Shown here: piece after piece, positions 20,253 through 30,962 of the stretch
Layout of the letters: each line of letters starts with the position of its first letter
Position numbering within the stretch: the first letter of the stretch is position 1
NCBI GenBank assembly: GCA_052145875.1
Contig: JBKQNQ010000145.1
Span: 1,925 to 65,924, forward strand
Source: Thiobacillaceae bacterium
GTDB lineage: Bacteria; Pseudomonadota; Gammaproteobacteria; Burkholderiales; Thiobacillaceae
Reading direction: 5' to 3'
Length of the DNA stretch: 64,000 nucleotides
Program-made: the position numbers and the translations under genes
The notes under the pieces: model-generated
Database searches by the model: none
What the model saw: the letters and a program-made list of their open reading frames with translations, nothing else
What the model was told of the DNA's origin: nothing

Positions 20253-21481
20253 CAGGTCCGGTACTCGGCATTAATCTTCACGTAATCATACGAGAAGTCG
20301 CACGTCCACACGGTGGCCTGCGCCGCGCCCCGGTTGAGCACGACACGAATGGTAATTTCGGGTTCTCGCATTACCGCCGCGCCCTGCTCTTCAGTGTAAG
20401 TTGGAGCGCGCCCCCCGTTCTCGGCCACGAGCAGTGTCCCGAGATACAGCTCAATCGTGCTTACGTCCAGATCCATGATGCCCGCGTATCCAATTGCCGC
20501 CAGAATGCGGCCTAAGTTAGGGTCCGACGCGAAGAAAGCGGTTTTGACGAGGGGCGATCGCGCGATGGCGTATGCAACCTGTTTACATTCGGGGCGGTCA
20601 CGCCCTTTCTCGACCTGGACCGTTATGAACTTGGTGGCGCCCTCGCCGTCGCGGGCGATCGCTTGGGCGAGTTGGATGGACACCCGCGCGAATGCCGCTT
20701 TCAGGGCTGCATAGTCCGCCGAAGCCGAATCCGTGATCTCGGCGTGGCCCGCATTCCCCGTCGCCATCAGGATGTAGGAGTCATTGGTTGACGTGTCGCC
20801 GTCCACGGTCACGCAATTGAACGATAGATTGGCGACTTCCTTCACCAGTTGATTCAGCAGTGACTGCGAGACGACAGCGTCGGTAGCAACAAAGCCGAGC
20901 AGGGTGGCCATGTTGGGATGGATCATGCCGGAGCCCTTGGCAATCCCGGTCACGGTCACTATCCTGCCGCCAATTAGGGTTGAGATGCTAGCAGCTTTGG
21001 CGATAACGTCGGTGGTCATAATGGCGTGGGCCGCTTCGCACCAGTGGTCGGGCGAGAGATTGTCCTTGGCCTCCGATAACGCCGCGATAATTTTCTCCAC
21101 GGGCAGGGGCTCAAGAATGACGCCGGTGGAAAACGGAAGAACTTCATCCGCATGGAGCCCCATGACGGCCGCCAGTTCGTCGCAGGTCTGGCGTGCGCGG
21201 CTCATTCCGTCCGACCCAGTGCCCGCGTTAGCATTGCCCGTATTGATCAGTAGGGCGCGAATTGGATGACCGGTGGTCAGCCTCTCGCGGCACAGCGTGA
21301 CCGGTGCGGCGCAGAATCGGTTCTGGGTAAAGGCGCCCGAAACTCGGGTGCCCGGCGTAAGTTCGATGACGGTGATATCTTTGCGTCCCGACTTCTTGAT
21401 GCCGGCAGAGGCGATGCCCAGCCGGACACCAGGTACGGGATGCAGTGATGCGGGATCAGGCGCGACGAGGTTTACGGGCAT
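20252..21481 (-). CDS. argJ: Bifunctional glutamate N-acetyltransferase / amino-acid N-acetyltransferase ArgJ
   Basis: 409 aa with the conserved autoprocessing region ([14 protein letters not shown]). Confidence 0.96.
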   Translation of the reverse strand: MPVNLVAPDPASLHPVPGVRLGIASAGIKKSGRKDITVIELTPGTRVSGAFTQNRFCAAPVTLCRERLTTGHPIRALLINTGNANAGTGSDGMSRARQTCDELAAVMGLHADEVLPFSTGVILEPLPVEKIIAALSEAKDNLSPDHWCEAAHAIMTTDVIAKAASISTLIGGRIVTVTGIAKGSGMIHPNMATLLGFVATDAVVSQSLLNQLVKEVANLSFNCVTVDGDTSTNDSYILMATGNAGHAEITDSASADYAALKAAFARVSIQLAQAIARDGEGATKFITVQVEKGRDRPECKQVAYAIARSPLVKTAFFASDPNLGRILAAIGYAGIMDLDVSTIELYLGTLLVAENGGRAPTYTEEQGAAVMREPEITIRVVLNRGAAQATVWTCDFSYDYVKINAEYRT

Positions 21482-21511
21482 GAAGGCTTTCGATTTCTGA
21501 AAGCCGGTATT

Positions 21512-21835
21512 TTACGAGCGTTTGGCTCCCCAGACCCATGACATCATGCGACGAAACTCTGGCCGCCAAGGCCACACCGGGTCAAACTCGATGGAACGAG
21601 ACAAGGCGGCCAGGGAAATGAAACCGAACAAAACGAAAAGCCCCTCAGAAATCATCTGACGAAAAGTCAGGTGCGCCAGCGGGATATCGAGAAACCCCGG
21701 GACGACGAATAGACACGCAAACCCGGCGAATATGAACGCTGGTCCTAAGTACATGATAGCTCTCCGCATCTTTACTTGATCTTGTAACGGAGTCCAAGCA
21801 GAGAATGTGCCAACGTAATCGGGTCTCGTGTCCAT
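21512..21835 (-). CDS. Hypothetical small membrane protein
   Basis: 107 aa with two hydrophobic helices; no recognisable family. Confidence 0.55.
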   Translation of the reverse strand: MDTRPDYVGTFSAWTPLQDQVKMRRAIMYLGPAFIFAGFACLFVVPGFLDIPLAHLTFRQMISEGLFVLFGFISLAALSRSIEFDPVWPWRPEFRRMMSWVWGAKRS

Positions 21836-21890
21836 TAGGGCCTGAGCAGTCTCACCCTTTGAAGTGGCCCGGCCGTGTAAAATCTACCGA

Positions 21891-22232
21891 CTATTTTTGG
21901 TTGCTCAGAGGCTGCGCCAGCTTGCGCAGAAACTCTCGGCTGAGGGTAAAAAATCGCGGGGTGGGGCCAAGGTCTTCGTAGATCGGGTCGCCTTGGTCGT
22001 CTTCGGCAATAACTTGTCCACCCGGCACATAAGGCATCGCTGTCTCAAGCTCGTCCAGTGCCGCGTGCAACAAATCGGCGAGAATTTCCTCCTCGGTACG
22101 GCTCGGATACATTACCTGCAAGGCCTGTACCCGGGCCATGTCCCGCAACGGGAGATGCAGGGATTGCGCAAGGCTGCCGCTGTAGCTCGCCTCATGTTGC
22201 TGCCAGCGGTTGAGTAGGTCGGAAATTCGCAT
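21891..22232 (-). CDS. Hypothetical acidic cytoplasmic protein
   Basis: 113 aa with protein-like composition; family not recognised. Confidence 0.6.
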   Translation of the reverse strand: MRISDLLNRWQQHEASYSGSLAQSLHLPLRDMARVQALQVMYPSRTEEEILADLLHAALDELETAMPYVPGGQVIAEDDQGDPIYEDLGPTPRFFTLSREFLRKLAQPLSNQK

Positions 22233-22251
22233 GGTTTGGTTATAGACTCCT

Positions 22252-22851
22252 TTAGGTCATTTCCCAAACCAAGGTGCGGTTGTTCGCGGGCATGGGGAGA
22301 TCGGTCAACAGACTCAACCCGGCGCTTTGCGCTAGGGCGTTGACACTTTCGAAATGGCGAATCGCCGAGTGTGGATTTTGCGTTTTTTTGAGCCAGTCAT
22401 CAAATCGCGCATTGGACTCGGACGTATAGTGCCCGCCATAGTTGAAAGGCCCGTACACCGCCAGGCGGCCGGCGGGCTTGAGCACGCTGCTTACACAGGC
22501 GAAGAACAGGACGACCTCCGTCCAGCTCATAATATGCAAGGTATTGGCCGTGAACCCGTAGTCAAACTGGGTGGCCGGCCAAAGCCCACTCACATCGAGA
22601 TTGAGCGGGGGGAGTAGGTTGGGTAGGCGAGCCTCCTCTTGCCAGGCGAGGATTGCGGGATGTTGGACCGTCAGATCACTCGTTTGCCATACAAATTCCG
22701 GCATGGCACGCGCAAAGTGGACCGCGTGCTGCCCGGTGCCGCTGCCGATTTCGAGTACCGTCCCTGGCCGCTCAAAAACCTGCCGCAGGACCGCAAGTAT
22801 AGGATCTTTGTTCCGCTCGCACGATTCTGAAAAGGGCTTCGCGGCCGTCAT
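22252..22851 (-). CDS. DUF938-family class I SAM-dependent methyltransferase
   Basis: 199 aa. ERNKDPILAVL...VLEIGSGTGQHAVHFA is characteristic of DUF938. Confidence 0.85.
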   Translation of the reverse strand: MTAAKPFSESCERNKDPILAVLRQVFERPGTVLEIGSGTGQHAVHFARAMPEFVWQTSDLTVQHPAILAWQEEARLPNLLPPLNLDVSGLWPATQFDYGFTANTLHIMSWTEVVLFFACVSSVLKPAGRLAVYGPFNYGGHYTSESNARFDDWLKKTQNPHSAIRHFESVNALAQSAGLSLLTDLPMPANNRTLVWEMT

Positions 22852-23181
22852 GCCATTTCTGGTCCGGTTGACGGCGGATGCGCGTAAATATCGCGCATCC
22901 TCTGGCGGGTGGCTGGCATGAAGGACGCGCCATGCAGGCCCGCAGTCGGGAAAATTGTCCTCGACCGTGCCCCCTTTGTTTCACTCGCGACGAAACGAGA
23001 TGGAGTTTCGCGCAATTCGTTCTGGCCAGGCTTCAGATCGTCCCAGGGCGACAAACGAAACTCGCAGAATGGCAAGAACCCCATGGAGCCCTCCTTAGCA
23101 AAACCGACTATGGCATGGTTTGACAAAGATCGGTTGCGCGACTCGCAATGCAACGCTACCCGCCATGAGTTTACAGAGGTG

Positions 23182-26100
23182 TTAGATCGGCAACAACGCC
23201 CCTGTTGCCGTGATGATTCCCGCCAGGATCGGTTTGCCCGGCATGAGCTCGGTCAGGGCCTCGCGGTATTCATCCAGCTGTGGGCGATAACGCGCCCGCA
23301 GCTGCCCTGGGTGTTCATCGTCGCCGGTCTTGTAATCCAGCAGCCAAATTTCCTCGGCAAACTCCACGACCCGATCGATCCGCCGCAACGCGCCGTCACT
23401 GCGTACGTAGCCGAGTTCGTTATAAGCGCGTAGATAGCCTGCCGGATCGAAGAACCGGGCAACTTCCGGTGCGTGCAGAATGCGCTGTGCCCGTTCCCAG
23501 GCTTCGTCAAAATACACGGGTGCGCCGAAGGTCAGGAGGAGTCCTTGGCGATTCGTCGCCGCTGCGGGTGGCGCCAGTCGCTCCAACAAGGCGTGGACCA
23601 GTTCACCCAACGCCGTGGCGGAACTCTCGCCTCGCAGGGTGCCAACGGGATCGCAGGGTACCAGTTCAGGCATGGATGACGGCGAGACGGTGTTGAAAGT
23701 GCGGGAGGGCTCATCGAGTTTTCCGGCCGTCAAATCATCGCCGCGCTCAATGTGGTTCGCATCGCAGGTCAAGGCCCTCAGGATGATGTCCTGCCACCCC
23801 TCCACGCGTGCGTTGCCGGATCCGCGCGCTCCGCTGACGATCAGGGCCTGACGCGCGCGAGTCATGGCGACGTAGAGCAGGTTCAGGTTTTCCGTTTCGG
23901 CCAGATGGCGCCTTGCATCCAACAGCGGCTGTTGAAAGCTGCCCGTGAGGGCCTTGTCCCCACAGAGGGAAAAGTGAGTGGGGGCTAACTCTCCAGGAGG
24001 CCAATTCATTACGACACTATACCCTTCATGCGGCGGCCTTCTTGGGCCCCCGTCGAGTAGCCAGACAACCGGCGCTTCCAGTCCTTTGGCACCGTGGACA
24101 GTCAGAATGCGGACCGCATTGTGGGCCTCGGGTATTTCGCCTTCATCCGGTGCTTCATCGTCCGCTCCGCGACGTTGTGCGTCCAGGTCTGCAAGAAAGT
24201 CCGGCAGATTCGGGTGGCGCCCGCCGGAAGTCGTGAGCGCCAGTTCCATGAAAGCACGTAGGTTGGACTGCACGCCTTGGGCCAAGGCGGGAGGCGCCGC
24301 TGTTGCGTAGCGTGCCCTTACCTCCCCGGCGTCGTAAATCTGGTCAAGCAGATCATGCACCGGCAATTGCCCGGCGAGGGCCTGCCATTTCTTGAGTAAC
24401 GTAGCGGCCCGCCGCAGTGTGGGCGAGGTACGCGTTTCCGAGTCCATCAACTGTTGCCATAAACGGGCTTCGCGGTCTGCACTCAGGCGCTGCAGTTCCA
24501 AGTCATCGATATCGAACATCGGACTTTTTAGCGCGCGCGCCAGTGCCAAGTCGTTCCACGGGGTCGACAGGGCCGTAAGCAGGGCGATCAGGTCCCCCGC
24601 CTCCAGCGTATTGAGCAAACCACCCCGACAGGGACTCAAATAGGGAATCCCGGCCGATTTAAGTGCTGCTTCGTACACCGCGAGGTGGGTGCGCGAACGC
24701 ACCAAGATCAGAATGTCGTCCCAGCGAAGCTGGCGCTCGAGGTGGTCATGGGGATCGCGAATAATCCAGCTGCCCTCGATCTGCCGAAGCCTTTCCACAA
24801 GCTGCCGGGCTTCGAGCTCTCTGGCTGCTTCTCCCTCATTTGCCCGTGGCACCTGAAGCGGATTGCGAAACGTGAGGGTTGCTTGCCCTTCTGCGGGAGC
24901 GCCGGTGGCTTCGACCAATGCACAAACTTCCAGTCGACCTGGCAAGTCCTTCTGGTGTGCTTGGTGCAAAGCAAACGCGGGGTATCGATTCCCAAGCGGC
25001 ATAAAAACTTGGTTCAGCGCCTCAACCAATACGGGTGCAAGCCGGCGCGAGTCATTGTTCTCAAGTCCTTTCGCGCCGCACTCCCTGAGCCAGTCTCCGG
25101 CGAGATCAAACAGCCGTGCTTCGGCACCCCTAAAGCGATAAATGGACTGCTTGGGGTCGCCGACCAAAAAAACGTGCGGGAGGCGATCGCAGGCTTCGGA
25201 GGCTGCAAGCCAGGATGAAAGGATTTGCCATTGCAGTGGACTGGTGTCTTGAAACTCGTCCAGCAAGATGTGACGATACCGCGCGTCGAGCTTGTATTGC
25301 AGGTACTCCGCCTGCGCGCTATCACGCAGCAGCCGTGCGCACTCCCATTCCACGTCGGCAAAATCCAACAGCCCGCGTTCGCGCTTTACGGCGTGGTAAT
25401 GGGTGAGCAGCGCTTCGCCACAGCGGAGTCCCGCCACGTTGAAATGAAACAACCGTTGGGATTTTCTGTCTCGCTGTGTTGCAATCAGGCGTTGACAGAT
25501 CACTTCGTGTAATTCCAGCAGGCGCGCTGCGGCCCTTACACCGAGGGCCTCGTTCAGCGCCTTGCCCGCTCTTGGAACGCTGCGACGAGGTTCACCCTCC
25601 AGTGTGAGGAATGTGCGCGTCAAGGACTCCCAAAATGCCGGATCGGCCATATCAAGTGCCGCCGAAATCTCGCTCGCAGCCGTTTGGTAAGACATCGCCT
25701 TGGTATGCAGAGCCAATAACCGGGTGCACTCCATAAGCCGCTCTGAGAACTCGGGGTCGCGACGCAGCAGCTGGATCAGGTCGGCATCCGGATCAACCGG
25801 CAAGTCGCTGCGCATCTGTGCAAGGTGGCCTTCCAAGGGTGTTGATTGTCCCAGCGCGAGCGCTTGCCACGCCAATCGCTCATCAAGGAATTGGCCCAGC
25901 AATTTGCGGGTGTTGAATGCACCAATTTCCTTTAGCAGGCCGGAATATGCCATCGCAATTGCACCCTCCGGATCGCGCGAAAGTTGCTCGCCTAAACGCA
26001 GCCAAGCTTCTTTTATGAGCGGCCCGGTTTGCTCGGTCAGCTCTCTGCTGGCGAGGCCCTCTTCGATGGGCGCGTGCTTTAGCACGTCTAAGAACCAACT

Positions 26101-26466
26101 GTGAAAGGTCGTGACGGTGATTCCGGGCTGCGCGATTAGAACCCGTTCATACAGCTGACGCGCTTTTGGCAGCAGGGAGGCCAACTCGGATTCCGCTACG
26201 GCTCGGCCCCGTAAGAACGTGCGTACCGTATCCTCATCCTCGACCGCAAGTGCAACAAGCCATTGATCAAGTCGTGCGCGCATCTCCAAGGCAGCTTTCC
26301 GGGTGAAGGTGATCGCAAGGATTTCCCCCGGCGGGACGTCGTCGAGTAAAAGGCGCACCAAACGGGACACCAGCAACCAGGTCTTTCCACTGCCGGCGCA
26401 GGCCTCCACGACCACGCTGCCGCGAGGATCCAACGCCGTTTGGATGAGTGATTCGGTATCAGTCAT
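23182..26466 (-). CDS. addA: AddA-type UvrD-family helicase with C-terminal PD-(D/E)XK nuclease
   Basis: Start at ATG 26466 (MTDTESLIQ...) overlaps the mnmC stop (ATGACTGA). Walker A AGSGKTW, UvrD motifs, and a C-terminal RIDRVVEF...LLDYKTG nuclease motif. Confidence 0.9.
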   Translation of the reverse strand: MTDTESLIQTALDPRGSVVVEACAGSGKTWLLVSRLVRLLLDDVPPGEILAITFTRKAALEMRARLDQWLVALAVEDEDTVRTFLRGRAVAESELASLLPKARQLYERVLIAQPGITVTTFHSWFLDVLKHAPIEEGLASRELTEQTGPLIKEAWLRLGEQLSRDPEGAIAMAYSGLLKEIGAFNTRKLLGQFLDERLAWQALALGQSTPLEGHLAQMRSDLPVDPDADLIQLLRRDPEFSERLMECTRLLALHTKAMSYQTAASEISAALDMADPAFWESLTRTFLTLEGEPRRSVPRAGKALNEALGVRAAARLLELHEVICQRLIATQRDRKSQRLFHFNVAGLRCGEALLTHYHAVKRERGLLDFADVEWECARLLRDSAQAEYLQYKLDARYRHILLDEFQDTSPLQWQILSSWLAASEACDRLPHVFLVGDPKQSIYRFRGAEARLFDLAGDWLRECGAKGLENNDSRRLAPVLVEALNQVFMPLGNRYPAFALHQAHQKDLPGRLEVCALVEATGAPAEGQATLTFRNPLQVPRANEGEAARELEARQLVERLRQIEGSWIIRDPHDHLERQLRWDDILILVRSRTHLAVYEAALKSAGIPYLSPCRGGLLNTLEAGDLIALLTALSTPWNDLALARALKSPMFDIDDLELQRLSADREARLWQQLMDSETRTSPTLRRAATLLKKWQALAGQLPVHDLLDQIYDAGEVRARYATAAPPALAQGVQSNLRAFMELALTTSGGRHPNLPDFLADLDAQRRGADDEAPDEGEIPEAHNAVRILTVHGAKGLEAPVVWLLDGGPRRPPHEGYSVVMNWPPGELAPTHFSLCGDKALTGSFQQPLLDARRHLAETENLNLLYVAMTRARQALIVSGARGSGNARVEGWQDIILRALTCDANHIERGDDLTAGKLDEPSRTFNTVSPSSMPELVPCDPVGTLRGESSATALGELVHALLERLAPPAAATNRQGLLLTFGAPVYFDEAWERAQRILHAPEVARFFDPAGYLRAYNELGYVRSDGALRRIDRVVEFAEEIWLLDYKTGDDEHPGQLRARYRPQLDEYREALTELMPGKPILAGIITATGALLPI

Positions 26467-28285
26467 GACTGCGATTCGGGAACCGAGTGGGTGAGACGGC
26501 GGCCACCAGATCGCTTTCCACTGGAAGCGGCTCCCCGGTGATGAGGCATGTGAGCAGCTCTGCCCCAAGCGCGCTCCACACGATGCCGCGCGAACCGAGG
26601 CCGGTAAAGACATAAAGTCCCGGTTCAACTTCACCGATGACGGGTAGCCGGTCGGATGTGGTGGCACGAAAGGAAGCGCGACCGGTTAGCGTTGCGGGAG
26701 CGAACTGTTTGCCCCAGCCGGGCAACAGTCCATCCAGCCGGCGCAAATTGCTGGCGTGCGCGGTGCTGGACGGGCAGATCGATGTCGCATCGAATTCGTA
26801 AGTGGCGCCCAGAATATGCAGTCCATCTACCGCGGGCGTAACGTAGCCCTCGCGCGCGATGACCTGCGCTAAGGACGGGATGGCGCCCTCGGGCAAATAG
26901 GTCAGCTGGCCGCGCACCGGCTGAAGCGAAAGCCGAGGGGCGAATTCCACTGCATGATTGGCGTTTGCCAGGACCACTGCATCAAAGTCCAGCGGGGCGG
27001 CGTGGTTGTGCAGCGAGAGTTGCCAGCCCGACGTCGCCCGTTTGAGGTTGGTAACGGTGGCGCCCAGGCACGTCGTAATCTGCTTTCCTTGAGTTGCGAG
27101 TTGTGCAGCGCAAAGTGAAGGCGGCGAAATCCAGCCGCCGAGCGGTACATGGCAACCATTCTGCGGCGCAGCAATCCCCGTCAATTCCTGGATTTCGCCC
27201 CTGTCGAGCGACCGAATGTAGTTCACCGGATAGTCGACGAGTGTTTCATTCCAGCGTTGGGATTCGGCCTCATCTCGCGCGATTTGTACGACGCCGCAGG
27301 AAAGCCAGCGGGGGTTGTGGCCAATCATGGCAAGCCGGTCCCAGTGATGCATGCCATAGCAAAATGCGGCGCGGGAAAAGCGTGATGCGGGATTGTCGTC
27401 GCGCGAAAATAGGGGCCGAAAGATCCCGACCGGGTTTCCCGACGCACCCTGAGCAATTGACCGGTGCGTCTCGAAGAGCGTGATGTGCATCCCACGCTCA
27501 GCAAGGCGCTGCGCCAGACTCGTGCCGGCGAGTCCGGCGCCGATAACGGCAACAGAACTGACGTGCGCACGTCGAGGGTTTTGCATTGCGGACCGTTTCG
27601 CCGTCAGCATTTCCCGCTTACCGCCGAATCCGGGCCGCTTTTCCACGACGAATCCCGCCGATTCGAGGCATTTCCTCAGTTCGCCCGCAACGGACCAGGT
27701 GGCAAGCCACGCATCAGGCGCAAGGTTGCGTGTGAGCGCGGCGATAACCGCTTCATTCCACATTTCAGGGTTTTTTGCTGGAGAAAACCCATCCAAAAAT
27801 ACCGCGTCTGCCTGTAGCTTCAGCTTGTTCAGATCTCGCGCATCTGCGAACACGAGCGTGAGGGTAACTGCGCCCTGGTCAAAATGCAGGCGATGGCAGC
27901 CGGGAACAAGCAGCGGCCAAGTGGCAACAAGTTCACCCGTCAGCCGTGCGAGCTCCGGATAAGGGGATAAAAACCGAGCCAGGTCTGGCGCGGCCACCGG
28001 GTTCTTTTCGATTGAGACGAAATGGAGGCGCTTGCTTCGATGCGGACTCGCTTGCCAAGCTTGCCAAGTGGCAAGGAAGTTGAGACCCAGGCCAAAGCCA
28101 ACTTCCAACACGGTGAAGAAATCCCGTCCACCCCAACGTTGTTGCAGATCCGTTCCCGCAAGGAACACGTGCCGGGCCTGGTCCAGTCCGCCGGATGCGC
28201 TGTGGTAGATGTCCCCATATTCGGGTGACCAAGGCGTGCCATCACGCAGGGTGGGGCAAGCCAGTACGAGCGGGAAGCTAGCCAT
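26459..28285 (-). CDS. mnmC: Bifunctional tRNA mnm5s2U34 methyltransferase / FAD-dependent cmnm5s2U34 oxidoreductase MnmC
   Basis: Start at ATG 28285 (MASFPLV...) overlaps the addB stop (ATGGCTAG). N-terminal DUF752-type methyltransferase domain (SPEYGDIYHS...) and C-terminal DAO domain (VAVIGAGLAGTSLA). Confidence 0.9.
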   Translation of the reverse strand: MASFPLVLACPTLRDGTPWSPEYGDIYHSASGGLDQARHVFLAGTDLQQRWGGRDFFTVLEVGFGLGLNFLATWQAWQASPHRSKRLHFVSIEKNPVAAPDLARFLSPYPELARLTGELVATWPLLVPGCHRLHFDQGAVTLTLVFADARDLNKLKLQADAVFLDGFSPAKNPEMWNEAVIAALTRNLAPDAWLATWSVAGELRKCLESAGFVVEKRPGFGGKREMLTAKRSAMQNPRRAHVSSVAVIGAGLAGTSLAQRLAERGMHITLFETHRSIAQGASGNPVGIFRPLFSRDDNPASRFSRAAFCYGMHHWDRLAMIGHNPRWLSCGVVQIARDEAESQRWNETLVDYPVNYIRSLDRGEIQELTGIAAPQNGCHVPLGGWISPPSLCAAQLATQGKQITTCLGATVTNLKRATSGWQLSLHNHAAPLDFDAVVLANANHAVEFAPRLSLQPVRGQLTYLPEGAIPSLAQVIAREGYVTPAVDGLHILGATYEFDATSICPSSTAHASNLRRLDGLLPGWGKQFAPATLTGRASFRATTSDRLPVIGEVEPGLYVFTGLGSRGIVWSALGAELLTCLITGEPLPVESDLVAAVSPTRFPNRSHD

Positions 28286-30944
28286 GGGTTGGCTCGTCGG
28301 GCCAGTAATCCCTGCGGCACAAGCCGCGCATTTCGCAAGTGACGCAAACCTGCTCAATGCCTTGCGCGGGAAAACCCGCGCCCGCGTGAATCTCCTCGAA
28401 GAGCTCGACTAGGCGCCGCGCTTCGCAGGCGGCATTGCCAGGATCGGATGCGAGTAACTTAGGCCCCCCGTCGTCCTCGAGCGAGACAAAGCCACACTCC
28501 CTTACCTCTTGGTCCAGCAGCAGCGCGTAAGCAGCGAGCTGCACGTCCTCGCCTTGAGATTGGTGTTTTTCCTTCAGCCGCTGCGATGCTTCAGTTTTGT
28601 AATCCAGTACCGCGAGCGCGTTTTCGCATCGGTCAATACGATCCAATCGCCCATATAGCGTGATGGAGCGACCACTTGAAAGTGGAAGCGCGCGCGCACC
28701 TTTTACTTCGCTTTTCCACCAGCGCCAGCCATCCTGTTCACGTGTTTTTTGCCAATGGATGTAGCCTTCAATGCGCGCCTCCCACCGCAGCCTCCAGGCC
28801 TGGCTAAACCAATCCCTGGCTTCGAGGCCAGCAAATGCCGCGTTGGTTTCCTGTTGCAGGTCAGTAATCAGGGTTGCATCAGGTATATGGGAAAACACCG
28901 GATGGCGCTGGTGGAAACGGGACAAGATCTGGTGCACCAGAGTGCCGTAATCGGACTTGTCAATTTCAGCGCCGATCTCATCTGCCTCGTTTAGCTTTAA
29001 GACATGCCGAGCAAAGTATTGGTAGGGGCAGGCAATCAGGCTGTTGTAAGCGGAGACACTGATGCTTGCGGGGATTTGATGGGCTTGCGGCGCCGGGCGT
29101 TGGGTGCCGGCTGTGGCCGGCGGTGTCGCGTTCAAGGTGGCAATCCACCCGGCGAGCGAGCGATCTTGAAGGTTGTATCCCCAAGCCAGTTTGCTTAAGG
29201 TATCAAGCCGTTCGAACCACGGGCTGAGCGCGACGGGCTCGCCGACGTCACGTGCCCGCCAGATTACGAGTGTGTCGGGGCTTTGGCACAGCAACGTCAC
29301 CAAGTCCGCCTGGGTTTCTTTCAGTTTGTCGACGTGACCGGGGAGGCCAAGCTCGGCGCGGGTCTGCTGGTTGAAAAATCCCGCGGGTGCCGTGCCCGGA
29401 AGACGATCCGCTTCGGCACCCAACAGGATCACGCCTTGGAACGGCCGTAGTGTCGCGGCCGCCAGATGGGTGAACACCACGGGGCTGTCGATATTCGGGT
29501 CAACGAAGGTTGCCCCTTCAAGTTCGCCTTGCAGCCAACGGCGAAACTCGGCCTGGCCATAACCTATGGTGTCCTGCCTCAGCTCCTCGATGCGTCGGCG
29601 CAAGAGTCCAAGCACTTGTGCACCGGCCGCATCCGCGTCCAGAGAGGTGCGCAGGATGGCAAGGCTTTCCAGGAGCGCGCCAAGCAAAACCGCCAGCGGG
29701 CGCACCCTGCCCTCGAGCGGGCGGGCCGCTTCGATGAAGTGGGCAAGGACGATCCGCGCAGCATCCACGGCGTGTGCCGGTTCGGCTTGACGCAGTCGTT
29801 GCATTAATTCCGCGATACCGTGTGCCGGGCCGTACGCAATCAATGCCCGTTCCAATTGCTGGCAAGCTGCGTCGCGACGCTGCGGTTCGTCGATCAGTAC
29901 TTGGGGAGATTTGAGGAGTGCAAGTACCGCCTCGAAACGGAAGCGTTGGGTGACTGCGGTCACCCAAGTCATTACCAAGCTCGCGGCGGAGGTGGTAGAC
30001 AGTTGCCAGCCGGTTTCATCACGTACCCGAATTTGCAGGCGTTCCAGTAGCGCCCGTACCCGGCGAGCCGCGAGGCGATCCTGCGCGATAAGGCCGATGG
30101 CCCTGCGCCCCTGGGCCAACCAGACTCGAATTTGCAGTGCGGCCGCCTCGGCTTCTTCCTCCAAATGACGCGCGCCAAAGAGACGAATCCGATCAACAAG
30201 CGGGTTGATCGGCAGGTCGCCGGCAAGGCGATGCGCGCGACTGAGCAGTGGCCGGTCCAGGACATCCGGCCACGCGGCATTGAGCGTTCGACAAATTGGA
30301 TCCTCAGCCCAGTGACTTTGCAGGGGGATTAGCGGGGCGTGTTCCGCGGTTCGTTCCAGGGCGGCCCGCTCCAGGCGCGATAAACGAGACAGCCCCAACG
30401 TGAATACGGGCGCGGAAACCCGTGAGGCCTGCCAGGCAAGCCCCGCGCCGTGGCGGGCTGCGCGATTTAACATATTGTCGCGGTAAAGTGCGTACCACAT
30501 GTCGTGCACCAGCCGGGCTTCAAACCTCAAGGGTTGGCTGGCTCGGGTCCGGTATGCCCGCGCCAGCGCTTCAATAAACCTATCGCTGCTCGCCGGCAGG
30601 GCCACCTGGTTTAGCGTAAGTTCGTCGAACAGGACAAGCAACTGGTGCGTCATTGGCCATAGGTCAACGTCGTCAAACCACTGGCGGGACTTAAGGGCAT
30701 GGTACAGCGTGCTCTGGCGCACACTGTCAGGACAAATGTCAGATGGAATGGGCGCCGCATCGGCCCAGTCAGCCAAAGTGAGAAAGTGCGGTGGGATGAT
30801 CGCCCTCAGCCCCGAGATCCTGGCCAACGAGGACGCGAGGGGCCCGGCAGCATGCCGGTGCGGGAGCAGGACTATCGCAGCGGAAAGATCCGGAAGAGAC
30901 CCCTGCAGTTCTTCAAGAATCTGGTGTGCCGCGTGATCGAACAC
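28278..30944 (-). CDS. addB: AddB-type PD-(D/E)XK nuclease subunit with Fe-S cysteines and no Walker A
   Basis: 888 aa. C-terminal nuclease motif GRLDRID...VLDYKT and a Cys cluster (C...CVTCEMRGLC). GTG start 19 nt after the fdxA stop. Confidence 0.85.
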   Translation of the reverse strand: MFDHAAHQILEELQGSLPDLSAAIVLLPHRHAAGPLASSLARISGLRAIIPPHFLTLADWADAAPIPSDICPDSVRQSTLYHALKSRQWFDDVDLWPMTHQLLVLFDELTLNQVALPASSDRFIEALARAYRTRASQPLRFEARLVHDMWYALYRDNMLNRAARHGAGLAWQASRVSAPVFTLGLSRLSRLERAALERTAEHAPLIPLQSHWAEDPICRTLNAAWPDVLDRPLLSRAHRLAGDLPINPLVDRIRLFGARHLEEEAEAAALQIRVWLAQGRRAIGLIAQDRLAARRVRALLERLQIRVRDETGWQLSTTSAASLVMTWVTAVTQRFRFEAVLALLKSPQVLIDEPQRRDAACQQLERALIAYGPAHGIAELMQRLRQAEPAHAVDAARIVLAHFIEAARPLEGRVRPLAVLLGALLESLAILRTSLDADAAGAQVLGLLRRRIEELRQDTIGYGQAEFRRWLQGELEGATFVDPNIDSPVVFTHLAAATLRPFQGVILLGAEADRLPGTAPAGFFNQQTRAELGLPGHVDKLKETQADLVTLLCQSPDTLVIWRARDVGEPVALSPWFERLDTLSKLAWGYNLQDRSLAGWIATLNATPPATAGTQRPAPQAHQIPASISVSAYNSLIACPYQYFARHVLKLNEADEIGAEIDKSDYGTLVHQILSRFHQRHPVFSHIPDATLITDLQQETNAAFAGLEARDWFSQAWRLRWEARIEGYIHWQKTREQDGWRWWKSEVKGARALPLSSGRSITLYGRLDRIDRCENALAVLDYKTEASQRLKEKHQSQGEDVQLAAYALLLDQEVRECGFVSLEDDGGPKLLASDPGNAACEARRLVELFEEIHAGAGFPAQGIEQVCVTCEMRGLCRRDYWPDEPTHG

Positions 30945-30962
30945 GGAACGCGTGCTTGGCTA

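Noticed and set aside
23182-30944. UvrD-like helicase plus PD-(D/E)XK nuclease considered as a phage-defence pair (Gabija-like or other helicase-nuclease systems).
   Set aside because: The domain architecture is classic AddA, and the AddB has an Fe-S cluster. There is no TOPRIM/OLD ATPase or other defence partner. The context is housekeeping with no mobile-element signs.
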